A DNA stretch of 64,000 nucleotides from Candidatus Bathyarchaeota archaeon (GCA_963833125.1 CAWHWX010000012.1:70403-134402); one strand, 5' to 3'; positions 18,741 to 26,930 are shown, numbered from the stretch's first letter. Notes: a model not told the origin generated them from the letters alone. Made by a program: numbers and translations.

Positions 18741-19991
18741 TTAAGTCAATCGAAGTATTGATTCATGGAGTTCTTGGTTCTTGCCCTCAGCCAAGACTCT
18801 CAGGTAATCCCCCCGCTTGCCAGCCCTACGAAGTGGTGATTTACCCTCTATTTTCCGTGTCCCCTCCGAGTTTTCGGCGAAAATCGTGAGCTCTCCATCC
18901 CCAAGGTTAGACGCTTTACGAATTGATTCTTCTACCGTGGCCTTAGCAGCACGTGGGCTATCTAGCGGTAGGTCGTTTCGCGGGACGACGATCCTTCCCG
19001 TTCCGTCCTTCCCGCAAACAATGCATCGCACGCTTCGTTTGAGATCCATGGTGCTGTAGCGGTTGTTCTTGAGATCGACGAACAGGATTGATCTGAGCGG
19101 TTGACCAGTTGTTTCAGGCCACTTCGTGGTTGTCTTGTATGCCTCTAAACCGAGGATTACTTTGACCGCTTCTTGTGCGAGGATAGACGAGACTAGGGAA
19201 ATTGATGTCGCAAAGGAAGGAACGGTTTCTTGTTCCAGGGGTCCCTCGCATGGGTTGCGGAGGCCGGCGATGCTCGAATACTGGTTCGCGGGAAACATGC
19301 AAACTGGGCAAGCGTCATCGGGTGGTAGGTAGGAGTGAACCCTTCCGTTCAATCCAATAATTCCCGCGTCGATCAGAGGAATTGAGTATTTTCGGCAGGT
19401 TTGAGTAAGGAAGATTCGTGAGACGACATTGTCTAAACCGCAAACGATCACTTGGGAGTCCAGGTAAAGTTTCAATGGCATACGTTCGAGATCGCCGCGG
19501 TAAGCGGTCGTTGTTACGAATGGATACTTCAGATGAAGGTTCTTAGCCAAAAATTCGGCCTTGTTCCTGCCTAAGTCTTTAGGTTGGAAGAAGATCATTC
19601 GGCTTACGTTTGAGAGTTCGATACGGTCGCGGTCAACAATTACGATTCTCCCGACTCCCAGCATGGCGAGGTTTTTAGCAGCCTCGTTACCTATAGCCCC
19701 CGCGCCCGCCAAAAGCACCGTTGCGCTTCGAATCTTCTTCTGTCCTTCGGCGCCCCAGACAAGTAGTTGCCGAGCCCAGAGATAGTCTAGGATGATTGGG
19801 TCCTTTTCGGTTTTGAGTTTGGCAACGGTTGATGTTTCTGCCAGTCGCTTACCGTGGAACAGGCATTTTGTAAGGTCAGATTCTATGCCTAGTTTTCTAC
19901 AGGCTAATTGTTTGAATTCCCTGATCGTTCTTGTAGGGGGTAGATCAATCTCAATTTCCTTATACCGCGGGATAGACGCACGAAGTTTCAT
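18741..19991 (-). CDS. E1-like ubiquitin-activating enzyme (ThiF/MoeB fold) with fused N-terminal Ubl domain
   Basis: LLAGAGAIGNEAAKNLAMLGVGRIVIVDRDRIELSNVSR (nucleotide loop), plus CPVC and CIVCG zinc pairs. The first ~70 aa follow a ubiquitin-like pattern (CLFHGKRLAETSTVAKL...PIILDYL). Confidence 0.85.
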   Translation of the reverse strand: MKLRASIPRYKEIEIDLPPTRTIREFKQLACRKLGIESDLTKCLFHGKRLAETSTVAKLKTEKDPIILDYLWARQLLVWGAEGQKKIRSATVLLAGAGAIGNEAAKNLAMLGVGRIVIVDRDRIELSNVSRMIFFQPKDLGRNKAEFLAKNLHLKYPFVTTTAYRGDLERMPLKLYLDSQVIVCGLDNVVSRIFLTQTCRKYSIPLIDAGIIGLNGRVHSYLPPDDACPVCMFPANQYSSIAGLRNPCEGPLEQETVPSFATSISLVSSILAQEAVKVILGLEAYKTTTKWPETTGQPLRSILFVDLKNNRYSTMDLKRSVRCIVCGKDGTGRIVVPRNDLPLDSPRAAKATVEESIRKASNLGDGELTIFAENSEGTRKIEGKSPLRRAGKRGDYLRVLAEGKNQELHESILRLT

Positions 19992-20584
19992 TATCGCGGC
20001 GTCCGATTGCCCTTACCGGGGATGGTGAACGTCACTAAATCACCAGGTTGAGAGAGTACCGTTGGGGCTCTCGGGATAGGGACTATGTTGAAGTGAACGG
20101 TATCGTCCGATTCCTCTTTCGCTTTGTGCCTAGTCATTCTCGGAAACCCATGTGATCGGCAAACGTCGGCAGCTTTCAAGGCGCGGGGGTTATCGAAAAC
20201 ACTTTGTGGGTTCGGGTCCGTTAGGAGGTAGTGTAGTGAATTGACGACCGAAATTAGTTTGAGCCGTGGGTCCCATTTTTCTCCGAGGACAGATACGCAA
20301 ACTGCGTTTGGTATGTTCGGGACAATATTCGGGTGAGAGATATCGGTGAGCCAAGTCGCCACGGGAGGCTTCAATGGATATTCGGGTGGCAGGTCGAGTT
20401 TGAATCGATTCCAGTTCACGTACTCGGTGAAGGGCCAGACTCCTTTCTCGGCAAGTCGTCTCACCTCTCCTTTCTCGCACCGGATTAGGCCCTCGAATTG
20501 GGTAGGGGGGTCATTTAGCGCTGTGATTGTCGGGAATTGGTGGTTGAGGAGGCTCTTCTCCTTGTAAAGCAGGGTAGCGTCCAA
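19991..20584 (-). CDS. E2-like ubiquitin-conjugating enzyme (UBC fold, HPN type)
   Basis: PPEYPLKPPVATWLTDISHPNIVPN...AVCVSVLGEKWDP has the YPxxPP, HPN and catalytic Cys motifs and the W.P motif. The stop shares a base with the E1 ATG (TAATG). Confidence 0.85.
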   Translation of the reverse strand: MDATLLYKEKSLLNHQFPTITALNDPPTQFEGLIRCEKGEVRRLAEKGVWPFTEYVNWNRFKLDLPPEYPLKPPVATWLTDISHPNIVPNIPNAVCVSVLGEKWDPRLKLISVVNSLHYLLTDPNPQSVFDNPRALKAADVCRSHGFPRMTRHKAKEESDDTVHFNIVPIPRAPTVLSQPGDLVTFTIPGKGNRTPR

Positions 20585-20596
20585 GCGGTTTCAGCC

Positions 20597-20839
20597 CTAC
20601 CCGCCAATTATGTTGTATGGCATGAGGGCGAGTTGCGCATTTTCTGGAATGCCGGATCTCGCTACGGTAGTGCCTTCGTCTAATATTGCGCCTCCGTACA
20701 TGAGAGCGACCGTTGTTGGGTCAACCCCAAATGACGTACACACCTGCTGCTTAATCTCTGCAACCGTGTGGTCAGGGATTACGTCGATCTCTGCCAGACC
20801 TGTCTGAGGGCCTATGGGGGCTTGAATGAATAATTTCAT
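20597..20839 (-). CDS. ubiquitin-like modifier ending in Gly-Gly
   Basis: 80 aa: MKLFIQAP...DHTVAEIKQQVCTSFGVDPTTVALMYGGAILDEGTTVARSGIPENAQLALMPYNIIGG, then stop. GGAGGTGA lies 10 nt upstream (20850-20857). Confidence 0.8.
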   Translation of the reverse strand: MKLFIQAPIGPQTGLAEIDVIPDHTVAEIKQQVCTSFGVDPTTVALMYGGAILDEGTTVARSGIPENAQLALMPYNIIGG

Positions 20840-20894
20840 CTTCTATCGTTCACCTCCACTCATGCTGCCTTGTCTCTCCATATAGGAGCCTAAA

Positions 20895-22433
20895 CTACCT
20901 TACTGTAAGCTCGACAGTTAGGGCGTGTACGAGCCCGCCTCCAACTGCCTCTATCGTGATAGGGTAGGTCCCTCCCTTTGTAAAGGCTGGTATTGTTATT
21001 TGGATTGTTATTGTAGTCGTTCCGGGGCCTCCAGGTAGAACAGTCGGGTTGCTTGTCAAGGTATACTTTGCTCCTTGAGGGAGGTTCAGCAAGGTTATGT
21101 TCACAGGGTCTACGAACCCTTTTTGGAGAGTTAACCTAAGATTAAGTGTCGCCTTTGAACCGGTCTGTACTGTGACACTGGTTGGCGAGATTTGCAGTGA
21201 GAAATCGGCTACCGTTATGTTAAGTACTGTTTGTCTGGTTACATACGGTGATTGAGAGGGTAGGTAGTCGGCAATCAGAGCTATTGGATAGGTGCCGTTA
21301 GGGGTAGTCGAGTCTGCGGTCACATTCAAGCTCACGGTTGTTCCTGTAGGAGCAGGGTTTGTCGAGAATGTGATCGTTAAGCCGCTGGGGTTTCCGTTGG
21401 CCGAGAGCTGGACTTGTTGTGCGAACTCATTGATTGACACTATCTGGATCTTTGTGACTGCATACCTCGTTCTGTACACTGTGAGCGAGCTGGTTTGTGG
21501 TAGGATGTTGAAATCCGCAATGACGATGTGGTATGTGTTCGTGTTGACTTGCTTGCCTGTAGAATCTGATGCTCTGATGTAGTAGGTGATGTTTCCGGTC
21601 ACCTGATTACTTGGGATGACGTAGCTGAATTCTCCGGTCCCAATCGAATTCATGGGGACTTGTGTGGTTGGGCCCTCGGTTGCTGGGCCATAAACCAAGG
21701 TTACGTTATGCGCAGGACCAGTTGTGTTGGCAGTAATCGTAATTGGTGTTCCAATGGTCCCTACCGAGACGGGGTTATGAATGATGGCTACCGACGATTG
21801 CGGGGATGTCTTGTAACTATAGATTAGGCCTCCAAATACTGCCAGCAACACAACCAGAACAACCAAGACCATGGCCAGCGCTGCACGCTTTGTCAGGACT
21901 TGTCGTGCAGGTGGTCGTCGTCTGACTTCTACAGTCGGCGTGGGCGCTACAACCGTAGCTGTCGTTTGACGCGGTGGGGTGGCGTCCTTTGGATCAGAGT
22001 AAACTATTATGTTCGCTTCGGGGATCCGAATGGCTTTGTCAGTTCCTGGGATCACCCTGAAGTATCCGACTTCTCCGTTTCTTGAATCAACCACCAAGCC
22101 TGTAATCAATGCTGAGAATTGCTGTAACTTTTTTTGAGTTGAAATGTCCGTCTCGGAAAAGAATAATCCATCCCTAGTGTGTGAGTGGTACCATCCTACG
22201 ATGTTGCCTTTGAGGCGTCCAGAAACGAGTTGATCGGCTATGATTGCTATGGAGCCGGGCGGTAGTGTGGCGCGATGAGGTTCGGATGAGAATTCATGAG
22301 TGGTTGAGTCTTCGATGATTATTGTGTCGTCTTGGAGTTTGCCGAGTAGTAGCCCAATAATCTCGGTTTCGGTGTCCCGTGCAGCTTGGACAATCCTGTC
22401 CTTGACAGGTTTCGAGATGCTGACGTAGGACAT
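20895..22433 (-). CDS. JAMM/MPN+ (Rpn11-like) metalloprotease fused to a TM helix and extracytoplasmic Ig-like repeats
   Basis: EIIGLLLGK...GWYHSHTRDGLFFSETD (E, HxH-x7-S-x2-D). TM is AALAMVLVVLVVLLAVFGGLIY, followed by ~300 aa of beta-rich T/V/N repeats. Confidence 0.85.
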   Translation of the reverse strand: MSYVSISKPVKDRIVQAARDTETEIIGLLLGKLQDDTIIIEDSTTHEFSSEPHRATLPPGSIAIIADQLVSGRLKGNIVGWYHSHTRDGLFFSETDISTQKKLQQFSALITGLVVDSRNGEVGYFRVIPGTDKAIRIPEANIIVYSDPKDATPPRQTTATVVAPTPTVEVRRRPPARQVLTKRAALAMVLVVLVVLLAVFGGLIYSYKTSPQSSVAIIHNPVSVGTIGTPITITANTTGPAHNVTLVYGPATEGPTTQVPMNSIGTGEFSYVIPSNQVTGNITYYIRASDSTGKQVNTNTYHIVIADFNILPQTSSLTVYRTRYAVTKIQIVSINEFAQQVQLSANGNPSGLTITFSTNPAPTGTTVSLNVTADSTTPNGTYPIALIADYLPSQSPYVTRQTVLNITVADFSLQISPTSVTVQTGSKATLNLRLTLQKGFVDPVNITLLNLPQGAKYTLTSNPTVLPGGPGTTTITIQITIPAFTKGGTYPITIEAVGGGLVHALTVELTVR

Positions 22434-22823
22434 GAGTTTGTTTCCCTTTACTTTCTTATCTTATAGCTTGATTGGATGGCCTAATCTTTCGACATAGGAT
22501 GATATGGATTACGCGGTTTCCTGGCGTCCATCTGGGCATTGTATAGAGTGAAGCACAAGATGGGGAGCTGCAGTCTAGCGTTGTGAAGCATGGTTCAAAG
22601 CGAACAGATGTTATTGGGCCCGGGTTAATGGAACAACAGAATCATGGATTAGGGACAGCTTGTGGATGTTTGAAACTATCCAGCAGTTCTAACAATCTTT
22701 TCGGACTGAAGCTCACTAGTCAGCTTTAGGGCTCGCTGGTCCCCACTGGAGACTGAGCGTCCCGGAAGTTTACAGGGAAGAAGTGAAAGATAAGAAAAAA
22801 AAATTTGGGGGTGCCCTACGCTT

Positions 22824-23666
22824 CTATCGTCCAAGCATGCCGAGTATTCCGCCCAGCACACCTAAGACGAAGCCGGCCACAAAGCCTCCACCGATTATGA
22901 GGCTTAGCACTGCCATCGGGAAGACGACGATGCTTCCGATTGTTCCGTAGCCAAGCAGCATCAGTATTGACCCGATTACCAGTATTAGCCCTATGATTAC
23001 GCCGATTGCGAATGATAGGCTAGCAGGGCCGAGTGCTGGCAACCAGAAGAATACTCCGACCCACATCGCGTAGAACCCAGGCGCAAGCAAAGCTGCTGCG
23101 TTGAGGATTACAAGTATCCCAGCGATTACTGAGAGAATGAATCCCCATAGTGATCTGGGTGACGAGGGGGCGTACATTGGCGGTGGTGGATACACTGGGT
23201 AGGCAGCTGCTGGTGGAGCCATCGGTGGTGGACCGAATGCTGGTCCAGCCATAGGTGGAGCCATCATAGGTGGCGCTGCCATAGGCGGTTGGCTATAGGA
23301 TTGAGCCATTGGCTGTTGGGGCGGGCTATAGGCGGCTTGTGCTGGTTGTTGTGCTACCATTGGAACGACTCCTGCGTAACATTGCGGGCACAGGACGAGA
23401 TCCATGTATGCTTTTGAGTCATCGCAACAAATCGACCTTCCACAGCGGTTGCAGACGTATACTGCTGGGAGGTTGGGGTGATAATAGCATTGTCCTGGTG
23501 CGGGCACACGAATAGGTCCGCCTTGGCTGACTGGTGTTACTACGCGGACGGATGGGACTGGTTTGAGTGAGGGGACCGCGCTGCCTGCGAGAGATGCTCC
23601 ACAGCTTGAACAGAATGATGCGTCATCACGATTGTTGTAGCCGCATGATGGGCATTTCTTGACCAT
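22824..23666 (-). CDS. zinc-ribbon + B-box-like zinc finger + P/M/A-rich linker + multi-TM domain protein
   Basis: CPSCGYNNRDDASFCSSCG and CYYHPNLPAVYVCNRCGRSICCDDSKAYMDLVLCPQCY, then a low-complexity PPMAAPPMM stretch and about four TM helices. Confidence 0.7.
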   Translation of the reverse strand: MVKKCPSCGYNNRDDASFCSSCGASLAGSAVPSLKPVPSVRVVTPVSQGGPIRVPAPGQCYYHPNLPAVYVCNRCGRSICCDDSKAYMDLVLCPQCYAGVVPMVAQQPAQAAYSPPQQPMAQSYSQPPMAAPPMMAPPMAGPAFGPPPMAPPAAAYPVYPPPPMYAPSSPRSLWGFILSVIAGILVILNAAALLAPGFYAMWVGVFFWLPALGPASLSFAIGVIIGLILVIGSILMLLGYGTIGSIVVFPMAVLSLIIGGGFVAGFVLGVLGGILGMLGR

Positions 23667-24151
23667 TTTTCTAATTTTCCTCCTTTAGTTAATTGACTCT
23701 GACGCACGGAGGGCCTATAAATGCACTTAAGCGTTTGGTCACGTATTGTCACATTGGTGAATGGTGAAAGTCAGATTATACCATTTTTTAACGCAAAAAG
23801 TTAGTGCACGCAACGTGACAGCCCTACCCCAAACCTCCGGCGTTTGCTTGACCTGTCATAATCTCATTTTACCAATTGGCTTGAATCTGCAGTTCCAGCG
23901 CCCTGATTTACGGCTCACGCATTGTCGAATCACCAATCAGGCTCGGTGTGTCGTGTAGGATTGTGCAACCATGCCGTTCAAGATCGCTTGCCCGTATTTG
24001 GAGGTAAGCTAAGGAAATCGGTCGCACGGTTAGCGTTTAGCCCTAGCTCATCTTCAACTTTCTATCTTGAAGTTTTGATTCCTCCAACGCATTGAGCATC
24101 CAGATGCCAAGGTTAATTAGCAAACATTCCAACGCCTCCAGACCGACAAAA

Positions 24152-24260
24152 GCCCCGGTGGCTCAGCCTGGTAGAATCACCTAATGCCACAAGCGCCGCC
24201 TTGGTAACGCACAAGACGATTAGGCGAAGGTCGCGGGTTCAATTCCCGCCCGGGGCTCCA
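24152..24260 (+). tRNA. tRNA-Thr(GGU) with two introns and encoded CCA
   Basis: Acceptor GCCCCGG/CCGGGGC with U73. T arm GCGGG-TTCAATT-CCCGC. Anticodon loop TTGGTAA. Inserts of ~17 nt in the D arm and ~15 nt 3' of the anticodon. Confidence 0.8.
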
Positions 24261-24355
24261 AAACCCATTGACTCGTTAAACTGAATTCGATACTTTTAGA
24301 CTCTGTTCGATTCAACTGAAATTGGGGGAATTTGGGTGAAGTCGTTCTGTGCCGA

Positions 24356-24865
24356 CTAGTGGCATTGAAGAGAATTTCTCATGGAGTCCATGATCCTATC
24401 GTATCTGCCACCGCTTCCGCTTGGCGTCATAGTGTACAGCACGTAATATCTGTTTGATTTGGGGCAGTGAACGTGTAAGGAATATGCTTCCCTCGGAATG
24501 CTCTTGCTTCCAGTTAGGCCAGCTGATCTTTCGTCGAACTTAACCTTGTTCACGGAAACTTTGTGATTGTGTAGGGATAATGTGTCACGGGATACTCGCT
24601 CGAAGTTCTTCACATTCTTGCCCTTCTTCATGGCGTCAAGGCTGAAATCTGCGTGTTCTTCGGTAGTTGGGAATCGTTTAGAGACCTTCTCCAAATCTCC
24701 CCAAGAGAGGTATATTCTAACCCGGTCCACTTTGTCGGGGAGATGGAACACGACGTCGCCTGATTCGCGCCGCCCTTTCGAGTTGAATTCGACCCGGCTC
24801 TCTTCAGGGTAGTCTAACGAGAAGCCGTAGATGCTGAAATTTTCGAAGGAATCTGTCACAGCCAA
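24356..24865 (-). CDS. hypothetical protein
   Basis: Long ORF with a TTG start and no recognisable motif. Confidence 0.4.
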   Translation of the reverse strand: MAVTDSFENFSIYGFSLDYPEESRVEFNSKGRRESGDVVFHLPDKVDRVRIYLSWGDLEKVSKRFPTTEEHADFSLDAMKKGKNVKNFERVSRDTLSLHNHKVSVNKVKFDERSAGLTGSKSIPREAYSLHVHCPKSNRYYVLYTMTPSGSGGRYDRIMDSMRNSLQCH

Positions 24866-24992
24866 TCTCGAAGAGAAACGAATTCGTTAGACTTAACTCT
24901 GTTGCACATTCATTTTCGATTAAAAATATTACAAAAGAATGGATATTATTGGATCCCCACAGCGAACCCAGGGGGCTAGGACGCCTATACCC

Positions 24993-25082
24993 TCAATGCG
25001 CCGTCTTTGCGTGGGTTTCCAGTTCTTCCTTGGTCTTGAAGAATTGCTTGCAGGCTGGACAAACATATGTTCCTTGCGACAT
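24993..25082 (-). CDS. 29-aa C2H2 zinc-finger micro-protein, not in the ORF track
   Basis: MSQGTYVCPACKQFFKTKEELETHAKTAH has C-x2-C-x12-H-x4-H. GGTGA (25088-25092) lies upstream of the ATG (25080-25082). TGA at 24993-24995. Confidence 0.45.
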   Translation of the reverse strand: MSQGTYVCPACKQFFKTKEELETHAKTAH

Positions 25083-25203
25083 CAATCTCACCGAGAAATA
25101 ATGAACGATTCTCCAATATATGACTTAGCTCTTACAGCTCAGTTTATTCATCTCATTAGCCGAAGTAAACGATTCGCATAGACGTAACAAGACGTAAAAG
25201 AAC

Positions 25204-26475
25204 GTGGGCAATCAGCACCACCCAGCCAGGCCGCACGGGGAATTTGGTTTCTTGGAAGGATCATTCGCCGAATCAATTAGGCTCGCTACACGGTTCCGCG
25301 AACTCAATGACGAGCAGCTGAGTATCCTAGAACGTGTTGATGAAGCATGTCAGGAACTTTACTTACCAGAATTCGAGCATTACATCGCACACAAGTATAA
25401 TGCCGAACTCCCCAAGATTCTGAAGAAATACAACCTAATGGGTTTGACCGTATCGCCCGATTGGGGCGGCGCAGGCGCAGACCCGCTTACTTGGGCCTTG
25501 GCTCTAGAACGTTATGGACAGTTGGGACTCGGCGTAGTCACGTTCGTCGACGTCCACTCCCTACTTGCCTCACTTGCAATCCAACAGTGGGGAAGCGATC
25601 AACTCAAGAGACATTATCTCATTCCCGCAGCGAAAGGAGATATTATTCTCGCGTATGGCCTAACAGAGCCTGAAGCCGGAAGTGAGCCTACCTCACTCAA
25701 GACCAGTTATGAAGAGCGGGATGGCGGGTACGTGTTGAATGGGACCAAGTATCTGATATCGAATGGATCTATCGCCGATTCCCTAATCATATTCGCATAT
25801 CCGAAAGGAAAGAGGGAAGGAATGTCCGCATTCATAGTGGACTCGAAGACAGACGGTTTCTCAGTCGCCATGCATCTCGAAGAGAAGATCGGGCTCTTCA
25901 CCTCCGATACGGCCATGCTTGAAATGACCAATTGCAAGGTACCCAAGGAGAACCTTGTAGGCCAATTGGGCAAGGGGCTCCACGTTGCCTACTCCGCCCT
26001 CCTGAACGGAAGGATCGGAATAGGATCAGGGTGCGTTGGCATCATTGGGGATTGTCTAAATTCAGTAACGGAACGTGCGAAATCAAGAGTTCAGCATGGT
26101 AAGCCGATTGGAAAACACCAATTGATTCAGCGTCATGTTGCAAACATGGCTATGAACCTGGAAATGGCCAGATGGCCAACTTACTTCGCCGCAGCTGAGA
26201 AAGCGAGGCTAGATGCAAATCCCACCGACCTCGAACTTCGCAACAAGGTAGACCTACAATCAGCAATCGCCAAACGTGTCGCGTCGCGGTTAGCGTATGA
26301 GAGCGCTGATTTGGCAGTTCAGGTGTTCGGAGGTTTCGGTTACTCTTTGCTTTCCCCAGTGGCAAGGCATCTTTGCGACTCTAGGGTTGCACGAATTTAC
26401 GAGGGGACAGATGAGATTATGGAGCTGAAGATTGCGTCGCTGGTGCTCGGAAAAGGATTCGAAGCTTACAGTTAG
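25204..26475 (+). CDS. acyl-CoA dehydrogenase
   Basis: LTEPEAGSEPTSL...GGFGY...RIYEGTDEIMELKIA are ACAD family motifs. Confidence 0.9.
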   Translation: MGNQHHPARPHGEFGFLEGSFAESIRLATRFRELNDEQLSILERVDEACQELYLPEFEHYIAHKYNAELPKILKKYNLMGLTVSPDWGGAGADPLTWALALERYGQLGLGVVTFVDVHSLLASLAIQQWGSDQLKRHYLIPAAKGDIILAYGLTEPEAGSEPTSLKTSYEERDGGYVLNGTKYLISNGSIADSLIIFAYPKGKREGMSAFIVDSKTDGFSVAMHLEEKIGLFTSDTAMLEMTNCKVPKENLVGQLGKGLHVAYSALLNGRIGIGSGCVGIIGDCLNSVTERAKSRVQHGKPIGKHQLIQRHVANMAMNLEMARWPTYFAAAEKARLDANPTDLELRNKVDLQSAIAKRVASRLAYESADLAVQVFGGFGYSLLSPVARHLCDSRVARIYEGTDEIMELKIASLVLGKGFEAYS

Positions 26476-26930
26476 GTATGCGCTTTCGAATTCAGTTTGT
26501 TCTTGAAGTTTTCTACAACCTGCTCAATCATTTTGGTCGATGTGGAATCCAGCATCCTTGAGCCCAACCCAGCGATTATCCCACCCATCGTCACATCAGC
26601 AATCCAACCAACCTTACATCCTGATCTCAGTTCTTCCAGTGTGAACCCAGTTTGAATCTCAACTGAACTTCCGACTCCACGCCCTGTCCCAACGAGCTTA
26701 GCGGACATGGGGGGAACCTTGTCCACGACTCGAAATTCGAAATCCATATTCCCCCTGACTAAGCCAACCCCTACCTTTACTTTGGCACGGAAGCTATCCG
26801 GACTGAGAACCTCAACTGATTGCAAGTCGGGGAGGCAAGGGGCGATATCGTTAGGGTTGAGTAAGAAATCATAAGCAATCTTACGAGATGCAGGCGTCTC
26901 GAATGAACCTTCCAAATGCATAACCCTCAC
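26472..26930 (-). CDS. SRPBCC / CoxG-like protein
   Basis: MHLEGSFE...PCLPDLQSVEV...GGIIAGLGSRMLDS resembles CoxG. Paralog of 60262-60723. Confidence 0.7.
   Translation of the reverse strand: MRVMHLEGSFETPASRKIAYDFLLNPNDIAPCLPDLQSVEVLSPDSFRAKVKVGVGLVRGNMDFEFRVVDKVPPMSAKLVGTGRGVGSSVEIQTGFTLEELRSGCKVGWIADVTMGGIIAGLGSRMLDSTSTKMIEQVVENFKNKLNSKAHT

Noticed and set aside
22434-22823. A small RING-finger E3 gene hidden in the gap between the JAMM and B-box genes
   Set aside because: I translated both strands by eye and found only short ORFs without Cys/His patterns. The listed ORF 22676-22861 overlaps the 3' end of the upstream gene and looks spurious.
18153-23666. Reading the E1-E2-Ubl-JAMM cluster as a bacterial Bil- or CBASS-type antiviral module
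   Set aside because: The E2 has the canonical eukaryote-type HPN/UBC signature. E1 and E2 are separate genes. No cyclase, effector or other defence gene is adjacent, and the flanks are housekeeping genes and tRNAs. A defence role is not excluded, but the sequence gives no direct support for it.
23667-24151. ORFs 23540-23752 and 23761-23958 in the intergenic region before tRNA-Thr
   Set aside because: They have no ribosome-binding site and an odd composition. One overlaps the 5' end of the B-box/TM gene in another frame. The region is treated as promoter or non-coding.
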